From Candidatus Poribacteria bacterium (lineage in GTDB: Bacteria > Poribacteria > WGA-4E > GCA-2687025): DNA of 64,000 bases. The stretch is taken from contig JABGQA010000108.1 in NCBI GenBank assembly GCA_018644665.1, positions 3,527-67,526 of the forward strand, read 5' to 3'. Positions 47,149-57,581 of the stretch are shown here, in pieces. Below the pieces are notes generated by a model, which saw only the letters and a list, made by a program, of their open reading frames with translations, had not been told where the DNA came from and made no database searches. A program made the position numbers and the translations under genes. The first letter of the stretch is position 1. Each line of letters begins with the position of its first letter.

Positions 47149-49590
47149 ATGACATCGCGACCGAGAGCCGTGGTCCTCGTTCTACTCGCGCTCATGTCGC
47201 TCACCGCGGCGGCCGCGCGGGCGTCTGAGACGCGCGCGTTGGACACATGGCGATACGACGACGCTAAGGCCGCCCGGGAGGCATGGTCCCCGAGCGACGT
47301 CTCGGCGGAGGCCCAGATCGCGGAGGACGGTTCCCTTCTCCTGCGCGCCGACTTCTCGGCCGGCTCCGAACGCGCGTACTGGGATGCCGCCGTCCCGTGG
47401 GACCTGACGCCGTACGGGCGATTCTCGCTGGGCGCGTGCGTCGAAGGCGCCGGCGCGGTGGGTCATCTCACGATCTACTTCCGAAGCGGCGGAGGCTGGT
47501 ACGGGGCTTCATTCGCGGCGCACGAGGGGTCGCGGAACGTCACGCTGCGGAAGACCGACTTCACCGTGGAAGGTTCTCCGGCCGGATGGGCCAAGATTGA
47601 CGGTGTGCGACTCTCCATCTGGGGCGGGGCGCCGCGGACAGTGGAGGCGTCGTTCACCGACTTGCGCGCGTACTCGGACGACATCGTTGTCATTCGGGGT
47701 GCGCGCACCCGTCGAGCGAACCCGGGGAACTGGTCCTCGGTGCGGCGATTCTCCTCGGGCATGACCGACCTTCTCGCCGGCACCGGCGTGGACTACGGGG
47801 CGGTCGAAGACGCGGACGTCGAAGCCGGGGCGCTCCGAGGAGCGAAGGTCGCGATCCTCCCGTACAACCCGGACACGTCGGCCACGGAAGCGGCGGCGAT
47901 CGAGCGCTTCGTCGACGGCGGCGGGAAGATCGTCGCGTGCTACGCGCTGCCCGAGGGCCTACTGCCGACGCTGGGGATCGCCTCGCTCGAATGGCGACGC
48001 GCGGCGAACTCCGGCGAGCTGGATGCGATCGCCCTGGATACGGAGGCCGCGCCGGGAATGCCCGCCTCGATGCGGCAGGGGTCCTGGAACGCGCGCGTCC
48101 CGACGCTCGCAGGCGCGACCGCTCTCGGGGAGTGGGTGGACGCAGACGGGGTTCGTTCGGGACTGCCCGCGGTGACGCTCAACGAGCGCGGCGCGTTCAT
48201 GGGTCACGTTCTTCTTCCGGCCGACATCCCGGCCAAGCAGCAGTTTCTGCTGGCGTTGCTCGCGCGTCTCGCGCCTGAAGGGCGAGGCGAACTCGCGTCG
48301 GCGTACCTCGACCGGGCGGGGGCGATCGCGGGGCTCGACGGGCCTGAATCGGTCGTCGCCTTCATCGACGCGAACGCCTCCCGTCTGCCCGCGGAACGCC
48401 GGACGGTCGCGTTGGAACACGTGGCCAAGGCGCGTGAGCGCATCGCCCAGGGCCGACAAGCCGCAGAGGCCGGGGAGCACGACGCGGCGTTCGCTGCCGC
48501 GCGGGAGGCGATCGGGCGCCTGCGCGAAGGGCTGCTCGAAGGCCTGCCCTCGCAGGACGATGAGTTCCGAGGCGTGTGGTGCCATTCTGCGTTCGGCGTG
48601 GATGGGTGGACGTGGGACGAAGCGCTCGCGCATCTGAAGGCGCAGGGGTTCACCGCCGTCGTGCCGAACATGCTGTGGAGTGGCCTCGCGTACTACCCGA
48701 GCGAATACCTACCCGTGGCTGACTCCGTGGCCGATCGCGGCGACCAGATCGCGGCGTGTCTCGCTGCGGCGGAACGCCACGGCATCGACGTTCACGTGTG
48801 GAAGGTCAACTGGGGCCTGCAGAATGCCCCCGCCGCCTTTATCGAGGAGTTGCGCGCGGCCGGACGGCTGCAGAGGCATCGTGACGGCAGCGAACTCGAG
48901 TGGCTGTGTCCGTCGCACCCGGCGAACTTCGAGCTCGAGAAGAACTCGCTGCTGGAGGTCGTGCGAAACTACGCCGTGGACGGCATCCACTTCGATTACA
49001 TCCGCTACCCGCACGGCTCCGCGTGCTACGACGACGGATGCCGAGAACGCTTCCAGGAGGCGACGGGGCGCAAGATCGTCACGTGGCCGGACGACGTCAT
49101 CGACGGCGAACACGCGGATGCCTTCGGTGACTGGCGACGTGAGCAGATAACGCGGCTCGTGCGAGCCGTCAGCGCGGAGGCGCGCGAACTGCGGCCAGGC
49201 GTGGAGATCTCGGCTGCGGTGTTCCGGGACTACCCCAATTGCCGTCGGAGCGTGGGGCAAGACTGGGTCGATTGGGTCGCGGAGGGCTACCTGGATTTCG
49301 TCTGCCCTATGAACTACACGGACGACGAGGAGCAGTTCGCGACGTGGGTCGCGTCGCAACGGGAGTACGTGGGGGACCGTGTGCCGCTGTATCCAGGCGT
49401 GGGCGCGTCGGCGCCCGGGTTGCTGCCCGAGCAGACGGCGATGCAGGTCCATCGCGCGCGGGAGCTGGGGTCGGCGGGCTTCATCGTGTTCAACTACGAC
49501 CGTACGGTGGCGGAGGAGCACCTGCCCGCCTTACGCCTCGGAGCCACGGCGGACGGCGGCGAGACATCAGGCCGAGAGACACCCGAATGA
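47149..49590 (+). CDS. Secreted GHL10 (DUF187, glycoside hydrolase-like family 10) protein with N-terminal accessory domains
   Basis: Start at MTSRPRAVVLVLLALMSLTAAAARA (signal peptide). The C-terminal half FRGVWCHSAFGVDGWTWDEALAHLKAQGFTAVVPNMLWSG...DGIHFDYIRYP matches the GHL10 pattern. Confidence 0.6.
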   Translation: MTSRPRAVVLVLLALMSLTAAAARASETRALDTWRYDDAKAAREAWSPSDVSAEAQIAEDGSLLLRADFSAGSERAYWDAAVPWDLTPYGRFSLGACVEGAGAVGHLTIYFRSGGGWYGASFAAHEGSRNVTLRKTDFTVEGSPAGWAKIDGVRLSIWGGAPRTVEASFTDLRAYSDDIVVIRGARTRRANPGNWSSVRRFSSGMTDLLAGTGVDYGAVEDADVEAGALRGAKVAILPYNPDTSATEAAAIERFVDGGGKIVACYALPEGLLPTLGIASLEWRRAANSGELDAIALDTEAAPGMPASMRQGSWNARVPTLAGATALGEWVDADGVRSGLPAVTLNERGAFMGHVLLPADIPAKQQFLLALLARLAPEGRGELASAYLDRAGAIAGLDGPESVVAFIDANASRLPAERRTVALEHVAKARERIAQGRQAAEAGEHDAAFAAAREAIGRLREGLLEGLPSQDDEFRGVWCHSAFGVDGWTWDEALAHLKAQGFTAVVPNMLWSGLAYYPSEYLPVADSVADRGDQIAACLAAAERHGIDVHVWKVNWGLQNAPAAFIEELRAAGRLQRHRDGSELEWLCPSHPANFELEKNSLLEVVRNYAVDGIHFDYIRYPHGSACYDDGCRERFQEATGRKIVTWPDDVIDGEHADAFGDWRREQITRLVRAVSAEARELRPGVEISAAVFRDYPNCRRSVGQDWVDWVAEGYLDFVCPMNYTDDEEQFATWVASQREYVGDRVPLYPGVGASAPGLLPEQTAMQVHRARELGSAGFIVFNYDRTVAEEHLPALRLGATADGGETSGRETPE

Positions 49591-50744
49591 GCGCCTTGCC
49601 GGAAGCGCGCCGCAGCACGCCCACGGGCGCGAACCACCTGTTTGGCTACTACGAGAAGACGCCTTGGGACGCGTCAGGGCGATACGTCCTCGCGCTCGAG
49701 ACGGAGCTGTACGACCGAATCCCCACCGTGGACGATCCGGCCATCATCGGCCTCATCGATCGGCAGGCGGACGATGCCTGGGCGCCGGTGGCGGAGACGC
49801 GCGCGTGGAACTGGCAGCAGGGATGTATGGCGCAGTGGCTCCCCGGCGAGGGTCGGCGCGTCATATACAACGACTTCGACGGCGACCGCCTCGTATCGGT
49901 GATCCTGGACCTAGACGCCGGAGACCGGCGGACGCTGCCTCGACCAGTCTACGCGATCAGCGCTCACGGCGACGTGGCCGTGACGCTCAACTTCTCCCGG
50001 TTCCTGTGGACGCGACCGGTTTGCGGCTACGCCGGAACTCTGGACGCGTGGGAAGGTCAGGCCCATCCGTCGGACGACGGGATCTACCGCGTGGACCTGG
50101 TGTCTGGGACATCTGAGCTGATCGTCTCGCTGGGGCAGATGGCGGCGTTCCAACCCCGCGACGGGATGGCCGACGCGAACCATTGGTTCAACCATCTCAT
50201 GTTCAACACCGACGGCACCCGCTTCATGTTCTTCCACCGCTGGGCGCCACCAGGCGAACGCTGGACGACGCGCCTCTACACCGCGAACGCGGATGGCTCG
50301 GACATCTATCTCGTCGCGGACGACGACATGACGTCGCATTGCGACTGGCGGGACGAACGCCACGTCCTCGCTTGGGCGCGGCAGCATGACACCGGTGACC
50401 GCTTCTACATGTTCACCGATCGCAGCGATGAACGATCGGTGGTCGGCGAGCGGCTCCTACCGAAGGACGGCCACTGCACGTTCTCGCCTGATCGCCGGTG
50501 GGTACTCGCCGACTGCTACCCCAACCGGTCGGAGCCGTATCGCGTCGTCTACCTCTACACCCCCGCCGAGGACCGGCGTGTAGACATCGCGCGCGTATAC
50601 TCGCCGCCGACCCTCACATCTGAGATCCGCTGCGATCTGCATCCGCGCTGGAACCGGGACGGTACCGAGGTCTGCTTCGACTCGGCGCACGAAGGCGATC
50701 GGCAGATGTACGTGGTCGACGTGTCGGGGATCGTCGCTGGCTGA
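49587..50744 (+). CDS. TolB-like / oligogalacturonate-lyase-like beta-propeller protein
   Basis: The start ATG overlaps the upstream stop (ATGA at 49587-49590). The 385-aa protein begins ...NHLFGYYEKTPWDASGRYVLALE and ends ...CDLHPRWNRDGTEVCFDS, the kind of repeated propeller-blade endings seen in this group. Confidence 0.4.
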   Translation: MSALPEARRSTPTGANHLFGYYEKTPWDASGRYVLALETELYDRIPTVDDPAIIGLIDRQADDAWAPVAETRAWNWQQGCMAQWLPGEGRRVIYNDFDGDRLVSVILDLDAGDRRTLPRPVYAISAHGDVAVTLNFSRFLWTRPVCGYAGTLDAWEGQAHPSDDGIYRVDLVSGTSELIVSLGQMAAFQPRDGMADANHWFNHLMFNTDGTRFMFFHRWAPPGERWTTRLYTANADGSDIYLVADDDMTSHCDWRDERHVLAWARQHDTGDRFYMFTDRSDERSVVGERLLPKDGHCTFSPDRRWVLADCYPNRSEPYRVVYLYTPAEDRRVDIARVYSPPTLTSEIRCDLHPRWNRDGTEVCFDSAHEGDRQMYVVDVSGIVAG

Positions 50745-50856
50745 GCTGACGTGTCTAGGTGTCGTGGAGTACCCGCCCCGTCGCCGCCGATCAGCGGAGT
50801 CGCGCGTGCGCCTTTGCGGTGATACGCTACGCGTCGACTACAGGAGGAGACGCGCG

Positions 50857-52161
50857 ATGGCTACTACCACACATGACCTGCCCGCCGCCCTCGGTGGGGC
50901 ACCCGTGTTCGTGCAGACGGCGCGTGAGTCGGACAAGCTGGACCGCTGGCGCCAGATCACCGAGGAAGAGGCGCAAGTCGCGTACGACATGACGCTGCGC
51001 AACGAGCTCTCCGGGGGCACGCCCGTCGTCCGCGAGTTCGAACAGATGTGGCGCGAACGACACGACACGCGCTTCGCGATCACCGTCATCAACGGCACGG
51101 CGGCGTTGCACAGCGCGATGTTCGGGCTGGGCGTTGGGCCGGGCGATGAAGTCATCTGCCCGACCTACACGTGGATCTGCTCCGTGTCGCCCGCTCTCAT
51201 GCTCATGGCGAAGCCGGTGTTCTGCGAGAGCGACCCGGAAACGCTGTTGATCGACCCGGAGCACGTGCGCCGCCGTATCACACCTCGCACCAAGGCCATC
51301 CTCGCCGTGCACCTCTGGGGCAATGTGTGCGACATGGACGCGCTCATGGAGATCAGTCGCGAGACGGGCGTGCCGATCATCGAGGACTGCTCGCATGCGC
51401 ACGGCGCGATGTACAAGGGACGGGCGTGCGGGAGCATCGGTCAGGTGGGCGCGTGGAGCCTCCAGGGAAGCAAGCCCGCGAGTGGCGGCGAAGGAGGCGT
51501 CGTCGCGACGAGCGACGTCGACGTGTTCGAGCGGGCGTGCCTCGTCGGGCAGGTGAACCGCGTTGCGGGGCTCGACCTCGTCACCGACAGTTACGAGCAT
51601 CTCCAGCCGTTGGGCCTAGGCATCAAGTTCCGGGCACATCCCCTGGGCATCGGTATCGCGGGCGTGCAGATGAACAAGCTGGACGAGCTTAACGCGCGGC
51701 GGAGCGCGTACATCGAGGCGGTCGAGGCGGGGTTGGGCGAACTGCCGGGTGTCGAGCCGATGGGCGTCTACCCGGGCGCCGAACGCGGCGGGTTCTACGG
51801 CTTCTTCGTCCGCTACGACGCGGAAGCAGCGAACGGACTCTCGACCGACCGGTTCATAGCGGCGTTGCGCGAGGAAGGTCTCGGGGCCCGCGGGAACGGC
51901 TATCCGCTTCTTCACAAGCTGCCCCTGTTCGCGGACGGGTTCGACATCTTCACGGAAGGGCGCGGGCCGCTCTGCACGCCCGAGATGGGCGGGGACTACG
52001 AGGGCTACGCCGACGGCGAGTTCCCGATCATCGAAGAGGCCGTCTCGCGGCTCGTTTTCCTGCCCGTGCTGAGTGACCCCGTGGAGGATGCGCCACAACG
52101 AACCTTGGCGGCGTTGAGCAAGGTGCTGCGGCACTCGGCGGCGCTTGTCCAGACGGCGTGA
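50857..52161 (+). CDS. DegT/DnrJ/EryC1/StrS family sugar aminotransferase
   Basis: Start at MATTTHDLPAALGG (AGGAGGAG at 50842-50849). It carries FE..W......F...V.NGTAALH and GDEVICP...W. The expected PLP-lysine region is WSLQGSKP. Confidence 0.8.
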   Translation: MATTTHDLPAALGGAPVFVQTARESDKLDRWRQITEEEAQVAYDMTLRNELSGGTPVVREFEQMWRERHDTRFAITVINGTAALHSAMFGLGVGPGDEVICPTYTWICSVSPALMLMAKPVFCESDPETLLIDPEHVRRRITPRTKAILAVHLWGNVCDMDALMEISRETGVPIIEDCSHAHGAMYKGRACGSIGQVGAWSLQGSKPASGGEGGVVATSDVDVFERACLVGQVNRVAGLDLVTDSYEHLQPLGLGIKFRAHPLGIGIAGVQMNKLDELNARRSAYIEAVEAGLGELPGVEPMGVYPGAERGGFYGFFVRYDAEAANGLSTDRFIAALREEGLGARGNGYPLLHKLPLFADGFDIFTEGRGPLCTPEMGGDYEGYADGEFPIIEEAVSRLVFLPVLSDPVEDAPQRTLAALSKVLRHSAALVQTA

Positions 52162-52182
52162 GCTGGTCGGAGACCCACGGCG

Positions 52183-52890
52183 CTAGAAGCGCAGGAACCG
52201 GCGCTTCCGCTGCTGGTGGCGGATGTACAAGTAGCCGAATAGCATTCCACCGAGGTGGGCGAAGTGCGCAATACCCGTCCCTCCGCGGAGGCCCCGGAAC
52301 AGCTCCACTGCGACATAGATGACGACGAACCACTTCGCCGGTATCGGGATGAATATCGGGAACAGCACCAGGCGCCGGTTCGGGAACATCAGGCCGTACG
52401 CGAGCAGCGCTCCCGCAACGGCCCCGCTGGCCCCTACCACGGTGACGGGCGCCGTCCCGCGAAGCATTGGCACGAGTATCTGTAGGACCGCTCCGCCGAT
52501 GCCGCACAGGAAGTAGTACGTCGTAAAGTGCCGCGTGCCCCAGCGTTCTTCGACCTCGACACCGAACATCCACAGCATGAACATGTTGATGCCCACGTGG
52601 CCGATGCTGCCGTGGACGAACATGTACGTCACGAGTTGCCACGGCTTTAGGAAGCCGTACGTCCGGGCGAGTTCGGGGTTGATGTTCGGGTGGAGCGGTA
52701 GGGCTCCTTGCCGAGGGTCGAAGAGCCACCAATACACCGGTGAGAATACGCCGTGCGACGCGAAGTAAGTGGCTATCCAGTCGGCGGCGAACAGCGCGAC
52801 GTTCGCGATGAGGAGGTACTTGATCGCCTTGGGGAGCACTCCGCGACGGCGGCGTAACCCGAAGCTGTCGCCGCCGTATCGGTTCTCCAT
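52183..52890 (-). CDS. Rhomboid family intramembrane serine protease
   Basis: 235 aa with about six TM segments. It has HGSIGHVGINM, GASGAVAG (catalytic Ser) and AHLGGMLFG (catalytic His). Confidence 0.85.
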   Translation of the reverse strand: MENRYGGDSFGLRRRRGVLPKAIKYLLIANVALFAADWIATYFASHGVFSPVYWWLFDPRQGALPLHPNINPELARTYGFLKPWQLVTYMFVHGSIGHVGINMFMLWMFGVEVEERWGTRHFTTYYFLCGIGGAVLQILVPMLRGTAPVTVVGASGAVAGALLAYGLMFPNRRLVLFPIFIPIPAKWFVVIYVAVELFRGLRGGTGIAHFAHLGGMLFGYLYIRHQQRKRRFLRF

Positions 52891-53104
52891 CTCACTGCTT
52901 CCACGGGGTCGGGGTGCGTCGCGCTGCCGGAGAGTATACCGTCAACGGCGAGGGAGTCATAGGCGCCCCTCCCGGTAGCCCGCGCGCGCGACACATCCGC
53001 GTCGGCGTGCCCGCCATCACACCCACAGCAGCGCATCCAGGTACGGTGGATTGGATACCGACCCGCCGACCTCGGCCCTGTCGGAGCTCCCCACCGGGTC
53101 CGCA

Positions 53105-53596
53105 CTACCGATCGGCGATGCGCGTGAAGCTCTCGGCGTCGCGACCCAGCCACTCCAAGATGGTCAGCAGCAAGCGGACTTCAATCCGGCCGCCTGCGGA
53201 CAGACGCGTCAGTTGCGACCGGCCCACACCCAGCTCATCAGCCAAGCCGCTCCACGACTCGCTCCGCGAACGACGCTTGTCGTCGACGGCGCTATGCAAC
53301 GCTCGTGTATCGAGGCGGAGCACGCCTACGAGCCTTCCGCCCACCGACATATCGACGGCGGCCAAGTGTCGGTTGGTGTGTGAGAAACTCTCGAGCGACC
53401 GTCCGAGCCACCGCGCCACGCAGAGCCCCGAATCAGTTTCCATGCGGCCGCCGTGCTTCGCCCGCGCAAGTGTGCCGGGGCTGACTCCTGACTCAGCAGA
53501 CACCTGACGCCAGGAGACCCCGCGCCGCTGGCGCTCAGCGTCAACTGCGGCGTGGAAGGCGGCGCCATCGAACCGAGCAGGGGAGGTCAAGCCCAT
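53105..53596 (-). CDS. Tandem helix-turn-helix (XRE-like) DNA-binding protein
   Basis: There are two internal repeats of about 65 aa: FDGAAFHAAVDAERQRRGVSWRQVSAESGVSPGTLARAKHGGRMETDSGLCVARWLGRSLESF and LDTRALHSAVDDKRRSRSESWSGLADELGVGRSQLTRLSAGGRIEVRLLLTILEWLGRDAESF. An alternative start lies at 53623. Confidence 0.6.
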   Translation of the reverse strand: MGLTSPARFDGAAFHAAVDAERQRRGVSWRQVSAESGVSPGTLARAKHGGRMETDSGLCVARWLGRSLESFSHTNRHLAAVDMSVGGRLVGVLRLDTRALHSAVDDKRRSRSESWSGLADELGVGRSQLTRLSAGGRIEVRLLLTILEWLGRDAESFTRIADR

Positions 53597-53892
53597 GTGT
53601 CGCTTTCTCGCCAGTGGGACCAATCGTGGCCCGTGTTGTGCCTCCCTCGCCGCCCGCTCGACACGTTCTCCGACGCCGGCCGACCACCGGGGTCACGCGG
53701 TGGTGCATACGCGTCCCGCGCGCCCTCTGTTGCGTCCGCCCAGCCGAGCCGTTCTCGGTTGGCCTCGATAGGGTCGGTCACCGGGCGCCCGAACCGTCGC
53801 TTGGCTGACCGCGCATCTGCCGGTACAGTGACGCTCGCCAGTATTCCAGGTTCGTCGCGACACCGGGACATCCGCTTGGACGGAGATGCCGA

Positions 53893-54930
53893 ATGCCACG
53901 GGAACTCATCGCCGCCGCGCCTCGCACGCCCGCGCTCAGGGAATACGCAGACGCGCCGCTCGCGCCGGGCGAAATACGCGTGAGGAGCGGCTTCTCCGCG
54001 CCCAAGCACGGCACCGAGCTGCGCGCGTACCGCGCGGACTCCAAGGATGACTCGGCGCCGTTCGACGGCAAGCGGCGCATGCATGTCGACGAGCCTCGGG
54101 AGTCCCGATTCCCCCGCGCGCTGGGGAACATTGTCATCGGGACGGTGAGTGAGGTCGCCGCTGATGTGACGCGGTTCGTCGTGGGGGACCGCGTGTTTGC
54201 CCACCGTCCGATCCGCGAGACCCACACGGGCCCGGCCGGGACATTCCACGCAGCGCCGGAAGGCATGTCGGCCGAGGCGCTGGTATACACCGACCCGGCA
54301 GGCGTCGCGCTCGCGGCGGTGCGTGAGAGCCACATACGCGTGGGGGACGGCGTCGCCGTGATGGGACTGGGCGCGATCGGGCAGATGGCGGCGCAGATCG
54401 CCCGTCTGCAGGGCGCTCGGTGGATCGCAGTAAGCGACCCCATCGCGCGTCGTCGCGAGCTGGCCATCCGGCACGGCGCGGACATGGCCATCGATCCGCT
54501 TGCCGACGACGTCGGGACGGCCATCAAGGACGCGACGGACGACGCCGGGGTCGATGTGTCACTCGAGACGAGCGGGAACTATGGCGCGCTGAACGACACC
54601 CTCCGCGCGACCGGCTACGGCGGGACGGTGGTCTCGTCGGCGTACTACGCGGGCGACGCGCGAGCGCTCAGCCTTGAAGGCGAATGGCACAGGAACCGAC
54701 TCACGATCGTGTCGATACGGGATCAGAGCGCGCCCATGCGCGACCATCCGCTTTGGGATCCGCTCCGGCTCGCCATCGAGGGGCACGCGCTGCTGGAGGG
54801 GGGCAGGCTTCACGTCGAGGGCCTAGTGCACCCAATCGTGCCGTTCGACGAGTGCGCTGAGGCGTACCGCCAGATCGACGAGGACCCAGCGAGTAGCATC
54901 AAGCTGGGCATCCAGCACTCGAGCGCGTGA
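53893..54930 (+). CDS. Zinc-type alcohol dehydrogenase / MDR superfamily oxidoreductase
   Basis: 345 aa with a GroES-like N-terminal domain (GEIRV....S...HGTEL), a Rossmann motif VAVMGLGAIGQMAAQIA, and an MDR-length architecture. Confidence 0.7.
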   Translation: MPRELIAAAPRTPALREYADAPLAPGEIRVRSGFSAPKHGTELRAYRADSKDDSAPFDGKRRMHVDEPRESRFPRALGNIVIGTVSEVAADVTRFVVGDRVFAHRPIRETHTGPAGTFHAAPEGMSAEALVYTDPAGVALAAVRESHIRVGDGVAVMGLGAIGQMAAQIARLQGARWIAVSDPIARRRELAIRHGADMAIDPLADDVGTAIKDATDDAGVDVSLETSGNYGALNDTLRATGYGGTVVSSAYYAGDARALSLEGEWHRNRLTIVSIRDQSAPMRDHPLWDPLRLAIEGHALLEGGRLHVEGLVHPIVPFDECAEAYRQIDEDPASSIKLGIQHSSA

Positions 54931-54943
54931 CGGCGGCGCGCGC

Positions 54944-55822
54944 CTACGACTCCGACGCGACCTTGTAGGCTTCGTAGTAACTCGGCCAGTGCGGCTGCGA
55001 GCCGTCGATGTCGGTGAAGCCGTATTCGCGGGCGAGATGTCCTGTCGCGAGCGCCTGCCCGGCCTTGCTCCCGACGTCGGGGTCCGTGGCGAGCGCCACG
55101 ACTGCGCGGCCGATGAACGCGGGGGTTTCGGACGCGATGAAGTGCGGGTCCTGCTTCGCGCCGTCCCGCCAGTTCGCCTCGGTGACCCCGAAGTGGTCGA
55201 GCATCGTCTCCGATCGCAGGAAGCCTGGAGTCAGCGCTACGGATGTGATCCCGGCCTCCTTCAACTCCTCGGCCATCGCGTGGGCCAGCCGGATGGCGGA
55301 TATCTTGGCGAGGTCGTAGTGGAGATTTCCACGGTAGTCGTGGCTATCCCCGTCGGTGATTTCGACGACGAGCCCGTCGCCCCGGCCCAACATGAGCGGC
55401 ACCCCGTACCGACTCGTCAGGATGTGGGACCAGACGGCGCGTTCCTGCATCGTTCGGCCCTTCTCGGGGTCGAGTTCCCAGAAGGGCACGCCCCACTCCG
55501 TGAGCGCGTCACCACCCCACACGTCGTTGACGAGGATGTCGAGCCCGCCCTGCTCGGCGACCACACGGCGGAACAGGGCCTCGACCTGCTCGGCGACGGT
55601 GTGATCGGTCTGAACGTGGATGCCGACACCACCGTCCGCCGTCACCATCTCGGCAGTCCCCTCGATCGTCTCCGCGCGTCCCTCCGTCGCGGGCGCGCCG
55701 CGGATACTCCGGCCGGTGCAGTAGACGGCGGCGCCCGCCCCGCCGAGAGCGCGGGCGATGCCGCGACCGGCTCCGCGTGTCGCGCCCGCCACGACCGCTA
55801 CCTTGCCATCCAACGGCTTCAT
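54944..55822 (-). CDS. SDR family oxidoreductase
   Basis: 292 aa with the GKVAVVAGATRGAGRGIA cofactor motif and a YDLAK (YxxxK) catalytic motif. Confidence 0.8.
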   Translation of the reverse strand: MKPLDGKVAVVAGATRGAGRGIARALGGAGAAVYCTGRSIRGAPATEGRAETIEGTAEMVTADGGVGIHVQTDHTVAEQVEALFRRVVAEQGGLDILVNDVWGGDALTEWGVPFWELDPEKGRTMQERAVWSHILTSRYGVPLMLGRGDGLVVEITDGDSHDYRGNLHYDLAKISAIRLAHAMAEELKEAGITSVALTPGFLRSETMLDHFGVTEANWRDGAKQDPHFIASETPAFIGRAVVALATDPDVGSKAGQALATGHLAREYGFTDIDGSQPHWPSYYEAYKVASES

Positions 55823-55930
55823 TCGCGCCCTCTCTCACTGGGAACACGCCCGGTAGTGGCGCTCCCAGCCCGGTACGTCAAGGCCCTGCCGCCCGTGCGT
55901 GGCGCCGTCCGCCTGACTCCGGGCCGTGGT

Positions 55931-57574
55931 CTAGCTTTCGTCGTCGAGGTTGTGGCGGAACGCGACCGTCCGCGGGACGTGCGGCGGCGTGTCCGTCTCG
56001 ATATATGTGTGCGTGTCCGCGTGCCAGTGGTGGACCGGCTGCCAGTCGCCACCGTCCCAGATCTCGGCCCGCCGTGGCGCCGCTCGTTCGGTAAGGATGC
56101 CCGTCGCTTCTTCGTCGCCGTGCCAGTAGGTCATATAGTCGACATCGGCCCCCAATGCGAGGACGTGCGCGCCGTCGCGGGCCGGGTCGCCGGCGGGGCG
56201 CGCGTAGACGCCTGCCTCCCGTGTCAGGGAGGCGCGACGCCGCAACGAGTCGACAGCTTTGGCCAACGGTTCCTCCTCCGCGGGCGACGTGCGCAGGCGG
56301 CGATGACCGAGCAGTCCCTCCAGCGCAGGCGACGGCTTGCCGCCAACGACGTGCGGCAGCGGCTCGATGGCGAGCGCAACGCCGCCTTCGCGAACGTATC
56401 GCGAGAACGCGTCGAGGCCCGTGTGTGTGAGCGCGCGCATCGGCGCCATGACGACGGCGGCGAAGTTGCTGAGCGCTAAGGGGTCGTCCAAGACGCCTTC
56501 GTCCACTACGGCGCAAGGGACCCCGCGATGCAGAAACGCCTCTGCGACCCGCGCGACCACGGCGTCTGCGCCCGCGGACGGAGCGTCCCAGGCGTGCGCC
56601 CAAGCGTCGTGTCGAGCGCGGATGATCGCGACGCGCGCGGGCATGGCGGAGGCTTGAGGCATTCGGGGCGCGGGGTGGTCCTCGGTCGCGAGCACGTCGA
56701 ACCCGAAACCGTGTAGCGCCGTCGACACGCGGGCGTCCGGGCCTCGGTAGACGATGCCACGTCCGGAATGCGGCATCAGCTCCAAGATGTCGAGAGAGCG
56801 CCGGTCGGTGAGGAGTGCGTCCCACGTGATCTGCGACACGTCCAGGAAAGGGACTGCCCCAGATTCCGAGATGTCCGCAGCCGACAGCAACCAGGGCCGC
56901 CGCTTGGCGGACGGCAGCGCGATAGCAAGCCGACGACCGCCTAACGCGTCGACGCACGCACGCAGATTGGCTATCGCGAGACTTCGCAAGCGGGCGAACA
57001 CGTCCACGCGAACCGGCGCGGAAGGCTGACCGGCGACGAACGCCCAACCCACGTTCTTCTCAGGGTCGCCCGGGGGTAGCGAGCCGTCCGCCGTTACGTC
57101 GGGGATCGCGCCGTCGTCTGGGTCGTAGCGCGGCATCCAGTCCGCGAGGAGCAACACTCCGCTCACGTCGGCTGCATCGGACACTTGAGACGCGAGGTCG
57201 GCCGGTAGGTCGCGCGTCCACCAGCTTGGTTGAGGAGCGCGCTCACGGACCAACTGCATCGCGTCGCGCCCCTTGAGGCGCCGCGCGGCGTCGTCGAGGT
57301 CGTCCGCAACCGCGTCCGTGATGTCGTACAGGTGCGTCTGGTGGTGCTCATCGCCGCGGAGCAGGATCGCGACGACATCGGCCTCGTCGCGCGTCAGACA
57401 AAGATCGAGGAGCACGTCCCGGGCTTCCGGCGTGCGCGAGGCAGCCATGCGCGCCTTGTTTGCGCGGAGGATCCACGTGTCGTGACCCGGGACACGTTGG
57501 GCGAATTCGCGCGCGGACATGATGACCCATCGCTTCCCTCGGGAGTCTGCGCGCACGGGCCAAGGTGGCGTCAT
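55931..57574 (-). CDS. Hypothetical protein, 547 aa
   Basis: Composition is coding-like (Trp/His/Asp-rich ends), with no family motif that I recognise. The middle part (ARVAIIRARHDAW...GVPCAVVDEG...FAAVVMAPM...) resembles a GATase1-like alpha/beta segment. An alternative start lies at 57520. Confidence 0.5.
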   Translation of the reverse strand: MTPPWPVRADSRGKRWVIMSAREFAQRVPGHDTWILRANKARMAASRTPEARDVLLDLCLTRDEADVVAILLRGDEHHQTHLYDITDAVADDLDDAARRLKGRDAMQLVRERAPQPSWWTRDLPADLASQVSDAADVSGVLLLADWMPRYDPDDGAIPDVTADGSLPPGDPEKNVGWAFVAGQPSAPVRVDVFARLRSLAIANLRACVDALGGRRLAIALPSAKRRPWLLSAADISESGAVPFLDVSQITWDALLTDRRSLDILELMPHSGRGIVYRGPDARVSTALHGFGFDVLATEDHPAPRMPQASAMPARVAIIRARHDAWAHAWDAPSAGADAVVARVAEAFLHRGVPCAVVDEGVLDDPLALSNFAAVVMAPMRALTHTGLDAFSRYVREGGVALAIEPLPHVVGGKPSPALEGLLGHRRLRTSPAEEEPLAKAVDSLRRRASLTREAGVYARPAGDPARDGAHVLALGADVDYMTYWHGDEEATGILTERAAPRRAEIWDGGDWQPVHHWHADTHTYIETDTPPHVPRTVAFRHNLDDES

Positions 57575-57581
57575 GTCGGTG

